Shown: positions 35,588 through 48,561 of the stretch, in pieces
How the letters are laid out: every line of letters begins with the position of its first letter
Position numbering within the stretch: position 1 is the first letter of the stretch
The notes under the pieces: model-generated
Databases searched by the model: none
Told to the model about the DNA's origin: nothing
Seen by the model: only the letters and a program-made list of their open reading frames with translations
Program-made: the position numbers and the translations under genes
Assembly (NCBI GenBank): GCA_965649825.1
Contig: OZ287703.1
Location: forward strand, 310,001 to 374,000
From: Penicillus capitatus
Lineage: Eukaryota > Plantae > Chlorophyta
Reading direction: 5' to 3'
DNA length: 64,000 nucleotides

Positions 35588-35902
35588 GCCGTCTCTCCCG
35601 GTCAAACATGACATGACGTGAGCAGCACCCCGAGTCGCCGCAACCAATACCAGACGAACGGGCGGTACCTGACGCACGTGTCGGTTATTCATTGCGACGG
35701 GATGCTTAGTGACACGCGTCGTTGTTCTTTTCCTTGTCTGGGTTTCGAGGAACAGAGAACGAGGCGTAAAGATCTTCGACGCCGAGCGCGACGGCATCTC
35801 GGCCAGGAGATTCATTCAGCTCAGATTCCACAGCAGCAGGCATCCGTCGTAGCGGCCCAACGACCTTTCACTTCAAACAGAATACCGAGCTGTTGGTCAG
35901 AG

Positions 35903-36552
35903 ATGAACGGAGTCCGTGACGTCTCGCCGTTTGGACCAGGGTATGAAACGCCTGTCTAGGTGCCGGAATCGGAATCCAGTCTGTCGGAATTGGTCCTGGC
36001 GAAGCGGGCCCTTGAAGCCGGACTGTACAGTACAGAGGATTACGCAGTTGTCTCTCGCGCCTGTTCCGTGGCTCAAGCATTGCAAGTCGGTCTGAAATCA
36101 GGCCTGCTCACCAACCACCAAGATGCCCAGGCTGCCTTTTATGTCTCACTGGGCCTACCTGCCAAGCCAACTGTTATCGGGTAGGGCACTGCTCTCGATC
36201 ACACACAGCACACGGCCCCTGTGTTCGCTGGTTATGTGTGGTCGCGTTGTGTAGGATCCCCTGTCATGGAACTCGGGCCCGTGAAGCTGAACTATCGGTC
36301 GTTTCTGGAAGTAGTCATTCCGTTCATCAATCCCAACCGAACGAGGTTCGCCGTCGCCGTCGTTCTTCTGGATCGAATTGGCCGCGGGATGGACTCGGTG
36401 AAGAGCATCGTCCGTAATACATATCGACCTTTCTCCCTCGCTGTTCTTTGGCATCAAGATCCGCTGAGCTCTGGAAACGATTTCTTCGGAAATTCTGTAC
36501 TTTCGCATCCGATGCTGTCAAGGCGTTAGAACGAGACTCGTACTTAAGATGA
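35903..36552 (+). CDS. Small spliced orphan protein with an N-terminal duplicated short helical (SHOCT-like) motif
   Basis: Model MNG|VPESESSLSELVLAKRALEAGLYSTEDYAVVSRACSVAQALQVGLKSGLLTNHQDAQAAFYVSLGLP..|..|SAELWKRFLRKFCTFASDAVKALERDSYLR*, using three GT-AG introns of typical size. Confidence 0.5.
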
Positions 36553-36965
36553 TAAACGACTCCTAGTTTCGGAGACAGAGGTTCTCGTCTTGATAAAGGT
36601 AGAGACATTTATGACCATCTATGGTCTGTGTTCTTATCTCTGGACTTTGAAGCTTTGTCGTTCTAACTCCTTATTATTTGCGACGATGCAGTGGTATTTT
36701 ATTTACCCTTACTGGGATGCATCATCACATATGATCAAAGTCCATGAAACGTAAAGAAGAAAATAAACGTCTCTTGTGCGTTGAAACAACAAGGCTATAC
36801 AACAACACACTCGCAACTCTAGGAAGTGTACTTGAGCGAGACAAGAGATCGGAAAGCCAACAGATTGGTAGATGCCTCCATTCATGGTGGTGTGACGACT
36901 CTGTAAATCTTAATTCGCACGTGCTGTCATCGTCATCGCCGTCCTGTCGATCCGCTGCACACGCG

Positions 36966-37248
36966 ATGTCGTGGAAGTGGAACTCGGATTCCGATATTCC
37001 GAAAGAGGCTGAGAAGGCGAAACCGTATACCGTCCCCAAGGGATGGAAGCCGCCCACTCTGAAGGAACTCTATCTCTACGTCAAGCGCCCCACTTCCTGA
37101 CCTTCTTGCTCACATTCCGATATGCTGTCCGTTTTAGGCGTACCGTCGACATCCTTACTATCAGTATGGCTATGCACTGGTGCTGCTCACCGGTGTCTGT
37201 GCTTTCGGATTGAGTCGTGGAAGGAAGAAGCGTTACGGAACCGAATAA
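36966..37248 (+). CDS. 74-aa single-pass membrane microprotein (exons 36966-37079 and 37138-37248)
   Basis: MSWKWNSDSDIPKEAEKAKPYTVPKGWKPPTLKELYLY|AYRRHPYYQYGYALVLLTGVCAFGLSRGRKKRYGTE*. 58-nt GT-AG intron; hydrophobic stretch followed by a basic cluster. Confidence 0.68.
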
Positions 37249-38511
37249 GCAGCGACGGTGTATTGGATGGTGTGTTTGTTTATTCGCCAACGAAAGAGCC
37301 TCTTACTATGAGTTCTGTCTGTCACATAGTGTTACCATACGTCATCCATCATCACTGTACACACACCCAGTACACAGAAAAACATAAACCCTGTCCCTCG
37401 CTCTGCAATCCGCCCCAAGGATAAAAGAGTTACACACACGTCGAACGAATGAGCGAACGAACAAACAAACACAATGGATTATCGCTGAAGAACAGTTCTT
37501 TTCTGAAACGTCAGTTGACGACGGCAGGCAAAGATCTCGCCGTTATTCAGACGATCGGAGAGAAAGAGAGTTGAGTGAGCGTCGTACAAAATTATTAGAA
37601 AAAAGATCTTATCAATGAGAAACTCGTAGAAATGAATGGTCCAGATCCATGTTCATGCTGAAAGTACTCTTGGTTCCCCACTAGGAAACCCCACTTCTTC
37701 GATCGCAAGACAGTGCATCTGGAGAACAGCCCTCGTCATATGTGCGCATTCGGCGGCGGCGGCGGCGGCGGCGACGCTTCTTGCCAAGAGGCTGCCGTGC
37801 TTGGGATCCTATTGATGGTCGTGCCATTGCATTTCCAGCGTGAACATCCTGTGCATTCTTTTCCATCCATGACTAGTAAATACACAGTGCAAAGACAAAA
37901 CGTGTCTCCTCCTTTAACAAATCAATGTAGGTATAGGCAGGTAAGTAGGCAGGAATGGAATGGAATGCGAAGAGACAAACCAAATATCTAGGAGATGGCG
38001 AAAAAATCGCGCGATTGCGTCACTGCTTTCTTGGTGATGTTGTTGTTGTTGTTGTTGGATCCGACAATAGAGCAATCAACCTCGGGCCATTGACAACAGT
38101 GTTGCCCTTTCTGTCTACGAGGCTACAACTGAATGAACCATACAGTTTCCACATGCTTCCCACATGTCATATCGTCAACGTCCAAAGAGAGAACTGAGGA
38201 GGCAATCTCAATGAATGCGCACATCACTTGAAATGCTTTATAAGTTCTTTCGTTCTGATTGACATTAGACTTGAAAGATTAAAAGCTGAAAAGCAAAGCT
38301 TATTCTAAAAACTTCGTAGATGTCAGATGCGCTTTAGTGCATTAGTCTTACTAAAAGGGAAAAAGAATGACGTTGCATGAAACCGAACATCAAGGACCAG
38401 GAGGAACCTATGATTTTGGCCTTAATGAGCAGTGTTTAGAAAAAAACATGATGATAAAGGACGCGTTGGTGATGCAAGTCGTCCTCTGACCGTTCCAGAC
38501 CGCCGCCAATA

Positions 38512-39780
38512 CTATCCCATCCGTAGCAACCGAACAACATGCTTCATGTCTGGACGCTCATCTGGATCAAGCTTTGTACATTGTTCGAAGACAGCACGCG
38601 CCGCCTCTGGGGCATTGGGTGGCATCTCCATCACACGTCCAGTTGAAGGTGCGGTCGACGGTATCGAAATGTAAGACAATGCCAGCGGTTGATAGTCAAT
38701 GATGTCTTCTCCAGTTGCAATTTCCCATACCAAGATCGCATAACTCCACACATCTGCCTTGATACTGGTACGTTCCCTTCGCATGACTTCAGGTGCAGCC
38801 CATAGAGGTGTCATGATACGCTGCGCGGTGACGCGGTCCCTGTCTTGTACACGTACCATGCCAACATCGGCGATCTTTGCATTTCCTTCTTCGGATAGCA
38901 GTACATTAGGGCTCTTTAAATCTCGGTGCATCATTGGGGGCTTCTGCGAATGCAGATAGTTCAATCCAAGCGCAACATCCAGTGCAACCTTCTTCCCGAA
39001 TCGATCCCATCTGCACAGACAAACCATCGATCAAGTGCCATTCCTCAGCAGACAGGCAGGCAGCACAGCACCTCATTGTTTCTTTGTGGTTGCGAAGAGC
39101 CGTGTAGAGATCACCGCCTTTCATCATTTCGGTGACAAAGAAGATATTCGGCCGATTCATACAAGCTCCATAGAACTGAACAATGTTCCGATGTCTCAGT
39201 GAGCTCAGAACTTGAATCTCTTGGAGAAACAGGTTGATGTCTTCATCCGATGGATCCTGTCGTCGGACAACCTTGACGGCCACTTCGTCGACGTTGTTCA
39301 TGTAGGCCTTGTATACAGTACCAAAGCCTCCTTCACCCAGACGATACCTTCGACCGTCGGGGCGTCGACAGATCCGAATGTCGGAAAGGGACATTTGATT
39401 CGGTTCGTTCATTCTCCTCAATCTCTCTGTCCAACAAACAAACGAACAAACAGTCGATTGCTGTGTGTCATAGACGGGGTCAATGGAGTGGATGGACCTT
39501 GGAGGTTGTCAACATTGGCAGGCGCTGCCTCTTGTTGTGGTTGTTGGGTACCAGGGGCAACTTCGGGACCGACTTTGTTCGCTTGACATTCCCGAATGAG
39601 TGGGGGAGTCGGAGAGCCTCTTCGTGGCCGTCTGGATGAAGATGAGTCTGGCATTGGGATTCTCGACTTGCTTTGCCTGGCAAAGGAAGAAAGCCTCTGT
39701 ATGGATGTCTTTGCCATACAGACAGATATCTCACAGTCGCGCAGATGACGTGTCACTGTGAGAAGTGGCAGCAGATGCAT
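38512..39780 (-). CDS. TKL-family Ser/Thr(/Tyr) protein kinase domain with a disordered N-terminal linker (possibly the C-terminal part of the upstream ARM-PIMT gene)
   Basis: LGEGGFGTVY, VAVK, FLQEIQVL, HRDLKSPNVLL, KIADVG, WAAPE, ADVWSY, RPDM. Confidence 0.92.
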
Positions 39781-42700
39781 CTGGCAATGGAATCTTCGAA
39801 TTCAACGCTGCTCGACTTCTTGGACGCTGTACCGAGAGCTCTCGATTTGGGTCGATGGCGACAACCCCTCCAGGGATGTGAGCATTTTCGAAACTAGGTT
39901 TCAGGATCTTTAGGGGGAGATAGGGACATAATGTACGGGCACCATGAGAACCATTTTCCTAACAGCATCACACAGGACCGTTGCTGCCAACGGTCGTCGT
40001 TATCGGAAGATACAGGCAACCTTGTCTATCAGGAGAAGTTGGCCGTCCACAGGTACAACCATCTGACCGTTGGATTTCAACAGTAATCTCAGTGCTCCTA
40101 ACAGCGTCTAGGGCACGAAATCTTGATCATGTTGCTGCACCGTCCAGAAGTGCTTGCTTTGGGAAAGGAGACGGAGACAACAATGCGATGAAATCTTTTC
40201 CCGGACTTAAACATCTCTGAGATCCGCTTGCGTTGTACACAGGGATTTATGCCTATGCAAGATTTGGCTTCGTTAAGCCTCGCCAAGGAACTATTAGCAA
40301 AATCTGTTGCTACTAAACAATCCTATGTGTGCCACAACACATGGATCACTGGGTCATGCATCGAAGGTGAGAGATGTCTGCCGTACATCGATTCCGGAAA
40401 CATCTGAGGATTCGGTGATGTAGGAAGCGAGGGCCAGGAGATAACCCACTCCACAACCCATTTCCAACAGACTGTGTCCTTTATGCAACTGAAGCGCTTG
40501 AAGAATAAGAAGATGGATGTGCAATGGTGGAATTTCTAATGACATGTCTGGCAGTGTAATGGCTTTACCAGACAAGGCATCCTCTTCCTGTCAACAAACA
40601 GACCATCCCACGATCAGCCAGCCATCCTTTGGATGGAGAGGAGCCGCGTGCCTTTGTTGGTGGCGCGAAGAAGGATCTAGGTATCATCCTAATGGCTTCC
40701 TCCATCAAAGGAGTCAATTTCGTCTGGTGATCGCGGTCAAGCATGTCAACGGTATTGGTGATGTGCTGTTGAATCTGGCGCTCCTTCCTCAGAGTCTCTT
40801 TGAAATCGGCGTGCGCCTCTAACCGACTCAGAGCGGCGGCACAGGGTGACTTCAGCTCAGATATCCCATGTCTAACTAGAAAAAACAGGTGTCGAGCCTC
40901 TGGAGATGATGAGAGAGAGATGATGATATGCCTGTCTAAATGCAAGAAAACAGCGATTGCTCCACTGGACACGACTTGTGGTATATGTGTGTCTTCTTGA
41001 CACAGATCTGTGAGCAATGCAGCGCACAGCAGTTTCACTTGAGGTATGCCTCGCCAACAGCGACGGACAAGAACCTTGGCGCCCCCTTTGCCACAGAACA
41101 CAGAGCGTGAGTGCGTGAGTGATGGGACGTGTGACAAGTGTCGTCATGAGAAATGGATGAGTGATACCGCATTTGACCAAGTTGCTCAGGAAACATGGTT
41201 TGACTGCCTTTAAATAAAATAGAATGCGACTGAGAGGAAGCTGGACTCTATCTCCGCCTTCGTCCATGGCCTTTAAGAATATGGACACACGATTTTGCGA
41301 AACGAACTCCTCAGCGACTTCCTTGTGAGATGAGAGCTTCTCTAATGAAACGGCCGCGCCGTCGGCGGCGCGTTCGGATCCTGATACTAAGGTTTTGAGC
41401 AGTGCTTCTAGAGCACCCTCTACACAACACACACCACCACCCATGATGCCAAACCAGTCCATGCATGACCCACAGAAGCGTCACCTTGATTTATGAGCTT
41501 TGCTTTTACGTGGTCATCTGAGAGCATATGCGAGAGCGAGTTCACAGCGTAGGCGACTCCCTCAGGGGAAGCGCTCGTCAGCAGACTGATGAGGCTCTTG
41601 ACAATCGATGGCTGCGATAATTCTCTGTGAGAACGAAGGGCGGCAATGGTGTTGAGTGAGATGATGGTGTTGCATTGAGAATGGGTGTACTTACGCCGAG
41701 GCAATTGGGTCTGTCTGACAGAGCTCTTCAACGATTTTTGCAGCTTCTTCCTGAAGACTGATGACTCCTGTTGAAAACACGCCAATGAGTTTATCCACTC
41801 CGTCCTCTGAGAGATCACATCCAGCTATATCTGTCCCTTCTTGAACAATGAGTTGGCTAATGTCTGATCCGTGATTGCAGAGCCGTTGTAGAACGCGGTA
41901 TGCACTGCTTTTGATTTCTTTTGTGGCGCCTTCGCTCGCTGCTGATACAAAAATGCGAATGCCTGATTGCTGAACAAATTCAATGGCACAGGCACGAGAT
42001 CTGCTCAGAACTTTGCAGACGTCCATCGCTTCGAGTTGAACGTTCGGATGAGATGAGGTGCACAGTCTGAGAAGCGGTCGCACAGCTCCGACGCCCAGGA
42101 AAGCTTCCTGTACATTCGGTTTGTCCGCTCCAATAAAATACAAAGCGATGAGTGCACGTCTCTGCAGGCCTTCGTTCTCGCATTCCAGGATCTTGACGAT
42201 CGTTCGCAGTCCACCGAGCTTCAAAATATCCTCCGACGCCTCATTAAATTTCGCAAGTCTTCCGATTGCTCTTAGGCAACCCCGTTTGACTTCGTCTGGT
42301 ACTTCGGTATCTGCCAATTGCTCCAGAGTGAGTGGCAGGATACCATGGTGCATCAAATACGTGCGGCATTCGTCGTGGCTCGTCAGAGAGGTCAGGGTCA
42401 GTGATGCAAAGATTCGACTATGACGCCTGCCTGTCTGCGCCAATTCCAGCAAACAGCCAATCGCATCGAGCTTCAAAAACAAGGGACGAACTTCGGATCG
42501 ATCGATGCACAGCTCATAACAGCTCTGCGCTGCAGCGTCCCTCAGTGAGCCGCTCGCGTCGGATTTGAGATCGTCGAGCAGAAGCTTGAGTTGAGCTGTT
42601 GTCTCTTCCAGTGTCCCAGCTGAGCGTCCACGCCGTTTCGCAGTGTCGCCCGTCAGCGACTCCTCTTCCGTGCCGTCTGCCTTCCATCCACCTCCTCTCT

Positions 42701-42830
42701 GGACGACATTGTGGTTGGAAGCCGAGTCAGAGAAGGAGGGGCTCCTCATGGGGTTGCTCTTCTCCTCACCATGAGGGTGACTCAGACAATCACGCAGGCG
42801 CAACGCCAACTTCAAGCGAAAAAACATCAA
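39731..42830 (-). CDS. Armadillo-repeat protein with a C-terminal protein-L-isoaspartate O-methyltransferase (PIMT/PCMT)-like domain
   Basis: About 10 ARM-like helical repeats (e.g. GILPLTLEQL..KRGCLRAIGRLA, GAVRPLLRLC..QLEAMDVCKVLS), then EEAIRMIPRSFF, LLEMGCGVGYLLAL, VSGIDVR, FHRIVVSVSFP, LKSNGQMVVPVDGQLLLIDK..YLPL. Start at 42830 or 42749. Confidence 0.8.
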
Positions 42831-43199
42831 CTCCGAGTTCGTTATTTTGTCCCCAGAGTCAAGAGGTGAAGAAATTCACAGTAAGCTCGCACGCCGAAAA
42901 CCCCGTTCGACGATATCCCGTCTCTTGCTCTTGATGAATTCTGTGTTTAGCTGTCCCTTGTGAAAGGTGGAAGAAAACCAAAACCAATTACGACAAATCT
43001 GCTCGGGCTTTAACCGTTTGTGTTTGTCGTTCAGGTGAAGATCGACGCGTCAAGCGAATAACTGAAGAAACCAATGTCACTAATTCGTCAACCAAGCGAA
43101 AAGAACGCGACCACAAAATGCAAAATAGCAACACATATTGGTTGCACATGATGAAAATGACCGACCATTCCACAGACGGTACACGGGGAAGTAAGAAGT

Positions 43200-44824
43200 T
43201 CAGACTTGACCGCTGCCCGTCCTCACGAACATCGTTTCAACATCTTCCTCGCTCTCTCTGACCACGCAGGTAATTTCAGCCTCTTTGCAAACATCAACGG
43301 CTTCCTTCTCATTCTCTGCATCACCGCCTAACCGTACCACCCTGCACATCGACGACCATCGAAACTCAGAGGTCACGCACCAGTCAGAACGACAGCCAGT
43401 GTCTCTAAGGGTTCGTAGATGAGTGTGCTGTCATCATCAAAGGCATCCTGAAAGTCAAAGAGGCGGCGGCCGCCATGCGGTGAGGGCAGAATGTTCGTTA
43501 GGATGAATGGCTCTGCCTGAAAGGACTGAGTGGTTGTGATGACTTTGCATCCTTTCTCCTCCCACGCTGCAAAACGGTCCTCGAAGACGAAGCTCTCGTC
43601 GTTCGGTGCCTTGAAACCGATGATCCGCTCTCCACGTCGATCCGATCGGATCGGATTGTTTGCGGTACCTTGTAGTAGAGATGTACGGTATCTCTGAATG
43701 GCAGAGAGAGATTGGGAATATCTTCCGTCGCTTCGATCAGAGCACGAGCCGTCGCGATGCCCTCTCCCTCCACAAACATCACCACCTGTCACATCATCCA
43801 CTCATGAGTGAGAAGCCGGAAGGAATCGCTTAACGGTTCCGTATCGGTAAATCGCCAATGCTGAATCTCGCATCCTCAAACCGGGTCCTTTGAAGGGCCC
43901 GACGTCTATGGGCGTATCCGCATCTTGCAAGGCATAGAGATCTGGACAGGTCTTTTCTGTGACCAGTACATCTAAGGTCGCCTAGAATAACTTCCAGATC
44001 GAGACAGCATCAAGACAGGAGACATCGGCTCGGCAGCGCGTCACACTTTCACACTGGTTAGTTCTGTGGCCGTTTTGATATCGTATGCTGACTGATCGCC
44101 GCGCACAATATAGAGTGGCTGTTTGTTCAACGCCTCTGCAAAGGGAGCCGTGGCAGCTGTCGACAGGAACATGCCTGTCACATCACGCCTTCTGTTATGA
44201 CGACTGACGTTTCACTTGGTACTCGACGCCATTATTCACACGAATGGACGCCATCTGTCCGACGCGTTTGTACGCATTGAGCAGCGCCACGCGTTCGCGG
44301 GAGATTTCCACTTCGAGTGAGACGATGCGCATATCCCGAGTCTCTTGTTTGGCCGTTAGGAACGTCGCGGCATTCCATTCCGGCTGGTCGATCGCACACC
44401 ATTTCGCCTCATACCAATTGGCCCGATTCTCCAGCGTCTTGGCATGCTACATGTCAAATGAACTCGATTTCGCCGTAGCAGAGCGCTCAGAGTTGCACCT
44501 CGGCATCGACGTCTGTCAGCGGGACAGCATCTGAGGAGGACTGTGCCTGCAATGACAGAGGAGACGGCAGTACGGGTTTGGGCAGACAGCGACGGTTTGA
44601 ACACCTAAGGCGACAGAAGGTGCTGTCGCATCATATGGAGTGAGAAGAGTGACCCCAGGGTATGGGAGAGAGATACACGAAGATGAGGGTTGTGCTGACG
44701 CCCAGCTGTTACTGCGTCGTCGTCGATCTAAGAATAGCTCCGTCATTACTGTCGAAGACAGCCGCGTCCGCGGCCTCACCCTGCGGATACTGCCTCGTGC
44801 GTTCGAGACAGGGTGGGAGAACAT
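43200..44824 (-). CDS. Plastid ferredoxin-reductase-like FAD/NAD(P)-binding protein (pKIWI502-like)
   Basis: WCAIDQPEWNAA, VSLEVEISRERVALLNAYKRVGQ, VGPFKGPGL, VMFVEGEGIATARALIE, LYYKAPNDESFVFEDRFAAWE, DAFDDDSTLIYEP. Start uncertain. Confidence 0.78.
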
Positions 44825-44954
44825 CGAATGGTCGCAACACGAACGCGGAAAATGATGTGACGTGCGAGAATCGTCCTTCCAAGCCATTCCATGCCATTTT
44901 ACACAGAACCAAGCAATTTGAACAATGATTTGCCAAACAGTGGGTGAACGTCTT

Positions 44955-47900
44955 CTACTGCGGTCCGATACGAAACGCGACAACGGAGAGCATGCCGATC
45001 GAGATGGCAATCAAGAAACACAGCAGCATGATCCATTTACGATCACTCCTTTCCAACGCTTCGGCATAGACACGATTCATCCGTTCTTCCTCGTCCTTAT
45101 CGTTAACCGTCTTCAGTCGAACGACTTCTTTGGCAATTTCTTCAAGTGGAAGATCCTCCGGAACGACAACGGAGCGATCCGGTGGAGGATGACGCGATTT
45201 GCCTTTGCCTTTGGATGACGATCTTGATGAGATGATCTGCGAACGCGATTTCCAAAAAGTGATGGATGAGGTCAACCACATCCACCAACGGACCCTCTCT
45301 TTCTTCGAAGGAAGTGCTTTGCGTTTTGTCTCCTGAACGACATCCCTTTCTTCTGTGTCGCGATCGCCATCGTGGCGGCGGCGAATGATATCCGACCACC
45401 AAGGCCTCTGCTTTTCGCCATCCTTTCCCTCACTGACGACATCTAACGACGCTTCGGCATCCACCGAACTCCCAACGGTCTCCCTTTCTGTCAATGATGA
45501 TTCGCCGTGGTCTGCAGTGGGAAGCAATACATGTCCGTTCTCTGACGGTTCCCTCGAGGACAAGGACGCATCGGTGGTTGACGGGATGGTGGAAGACGAC
45601 ACCAGTGCCGTCGACGTCAACGGCGCATCCGACTCTGCCGGAACAGCCCCGTTTGTTTCATGATGACGATGGTCATTCCATTGCGATGGATCTGGCTCAG
45701 TAAACACGCCATTGGATGTGGCCGCTATTCCAACCTCTTCAGGCACCGAACGCAGCACCCCATTGTCACGGAAGCCGATCGGATGGTCTACAGCCTCTTC
45801 TCCTCCCTGCATCTCAGCCATGTCATAAGTGTCTGGATCAAAATCCACTTCCTCGTCCTCCAGATCACTCTCCTAGACAGTCACGTCAAACATAGTCTCC
45901 TCTATTCATAGAGTGGCTCTTACATCATCGACGCTGCCTCCGAGACTGGCGATCTTGGTGGCTGCAAGCGCAGCTGTCTGTGCACGGTGTGCTGCCCTGG
46001 CTGCAGCGGCCCGAGTGATGGCGATGGCCGAGAATGCTGCCGATGCCGCCGCAGCTGCTTTGGAACTTGCTGCAGCGGCCGATTTGATATCGGTGATCTC
46101 TTCCTCTGTGACATCCTCCATCTGTCGAGCGTAGTTCTCCGCTTCGATGTAGCCGGAATCGTGGTCCTCATCCACGAACGGCTTGTAAGAGAGATCCAGA
46201 TGCAGCTCGCCCATCGATTCCATACCAGGATTGACTTGCTGAACAGGCAGCCAGATACTCAAACTGCCATCTGTTGGCAATCGGTTCAACGGAAACTCAA
46301 CTTTGCCCACCTCGGGCCGACCCGTGATGGGCGAGTCTTTGATGTAGACTTCTAATGTCTGCACTTGGAGATTTTCTACCAAGAATTCAAATTCCTGATT
46401 CCAAATAGGCCGACGATGATCGCCTTTTGTCCCGGTATCGTTTTCTCTCTTGCTCTGGACGGCCTGTTTTCCTAGCGTCAGCCGACAGTAAGGATTGCTC
46501 TGCCAGGGGAATCCCCACACAGGCAGATCTCTTCCCTCGACCAATGCCACAGACAGTTCCCCCTGAAGCACGATGATGGTGACAGAGTGGCTGGCTCAGG
46601 GGAGTCTTTTCGTCAACCTGAAAAGACTTGGGTAAGGTGATTCCGCCGGCGGCGCTCTGTGGACCCAAAGGCAAAACGGCCAGGAGAGATTGCTCCAATG
46701 CATCTGCCTGCAACACAGATGACGAAAGGTGAGCAGAGAAGGGAGAGGCAGACCTGCAAGACGGCACTGGCAACCGCTTTCATGACGGCATCGCGTCCGA
46801 CGGCGGCTTCGGCGACGGCAGTGATCGCAGGCGGGATGTTGATTTCCAGTCGCTTTGGCAGGACCATGTATCCTGGTAACACCTTTGTCAACAGTCTTGT
46901 CAGGAAGCTCTGCACAACACAGTGCGTTTTTACTGGCTTAGGTGCAAAACTGTCGGAACCTGGAGAACGGGAATGCGCATCAATCGGACGCTGTTGTAAG
47001 GCGCCAATTGGACTTTGATATTGGGCGGTCCCACAAAGGCAAACGACAACGTACCCAGATATGGCGTCAACGGCGCCAATCGCACTTTCAGCCATAACTG
47101 ACATTCCAGATCCAGATCTGACACCTGAACCGGCACCTGAACCACAACGATCCCCATCGGTTAGGCGTTTCGATCGTGGCGACTCAGAGAACATAGAGCA
47201 ATGCGATCATCAGCATCACTTGCGTGATGTATTCAGTGCCCACGCGCAAGTTTGGGCGATCTCATCACGGCACGCTTTGCAAGAGATGGATCTTGTATAG
47301 ATTACCTTTGTCAGCCATCGGCCGCCTCCCACTTCCAACATCAACAGCATTCGTGCCCCTCCAGTGTAACGCACATCGACGACGCCATTCAGGTCTGAGT
47401 CCTTTCTCGACGTCCGCCGTCTCAGATTCGTAAAATACGGCGCCTGATGATCGAAAGTCATTTCGACGATCTTGATGCCTTTGAGAATCCGCGGGACGGC
47501 CGTTTCGAGGACCACTTTGTTAAAAACCGGCTGCAAAACGCCGGCCAGCCATTTTTCCAATCCCTGCTGGTACACGCGCCAGATCTTGCGCCAGCACATG
47601 TTCACCCATTCCACCGTCTCGCCATCTTCTCCCAGCGGAAGTGATGTGACATTCGATGCCGTCAGGGGACGCCCCTGGCGCAGGAGCGTGGCCTTTCTGG
47701 ATCGATTTCGAAACTTGGACAGGATGAGATGACAGATCAGACCCAACAGGATTCCGATTCCCATACCAAACCACACACCACCACCGGCACTACTGCATAC
47801 CAACGCTCATCTTCTTATGATGTGACGTTTGGTCTACGCGATATGCTGCTGAGTGAAAGGCGTCGAGGTGGCGACGCTGTGACGCACGACGTCGCGATGC

Positions 47901-48136
47901 GAAGAGATCGACGTCTCGGCAGATCCTTCTCCGACATACCCTCTCTCTATGCCTCCGTTCTCCGTAAAGACGGGACGGAGCGTGGCATTGAAAGGTATAA
48001 GTCGCGAAAGCGGTCTCTGTTTCGGCTTTGTGATGTGATGGCAGGGACGAAAACCTCGAAGCGAACTGGCATAACTGATCTTACGCGTCGAGGCGACGTC
48101 GAAGCCATCGAAACCGAGAAGACCGACGTACGCCAT
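44955..48136 (-). CDS. SMP + C2 domain membrane-contact-site protein (NTMC2T5/extended-synaptotagmin-like), plastid-type
   Basis: Transit-like N-terminus, TM WFGMGIGILLGLICHLIL, SMP ETVEWVNMCWRKIWRVY..RIPVLQSFLTRLLT..MVLPKRL, C2 GELSVALVEGRDLP..SNPYCRLTLG..WNQEFEFLVE, C-terminal hydrophobic helix. Confidence 0.88.
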
Positions 48137-48561
48137 TTGTGACCAAACGACGAAAGATGCTCATCTCGATGGAGTTGCCACGTCATGATGAGATCGACCC
48201 TGGTCTCCACACCCATCCGACGCCTCGTGTATCATCGTGACGCCTTGCAGCGAAGAACGAGGCCATGGAGATGCTCACGAAGACGCGAAAGAAAGCGATC
48301 GGCGATGTCCGTGGTCGCGTCGGAAAGGAATGCGATGGAGAGCGACGGGATGTTTCTCATCAAAGGGGCAGCGCTGACGGTGTCAAGTGCGCCATCGATA
48401 TCGTCTGCGCTCGGAGAGGGTCTGTGCTACAGCGGCATGCCTCATTAAGTTTGGCAGTCTATTGATCGATCTTCCCTTTACGCCTAAGAGTGCGATTGCG
48501 TTGTTGATGGTCTTGGCACCGACGGCGCTGTCAGCGTTGTACTTTGGGAGAAAGAGTGTGA

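Noticed and set aside
36744-37100. 118-aa ORF (or unspliced 44-aa ORF) as the real product
   Set aside because: The spliced 74-aa model with a typical intron and a TM helix explains the sequence better, and the upstream part of the long ORF begins at a non-ATG codon.
34304-38056. (GGC)n tracts near 34305 and 37752, and (GTT)n near 38040
   Set aside because: Ordinary short microsatellites. The first encodes a poly-Ala in the TRM3 frame.
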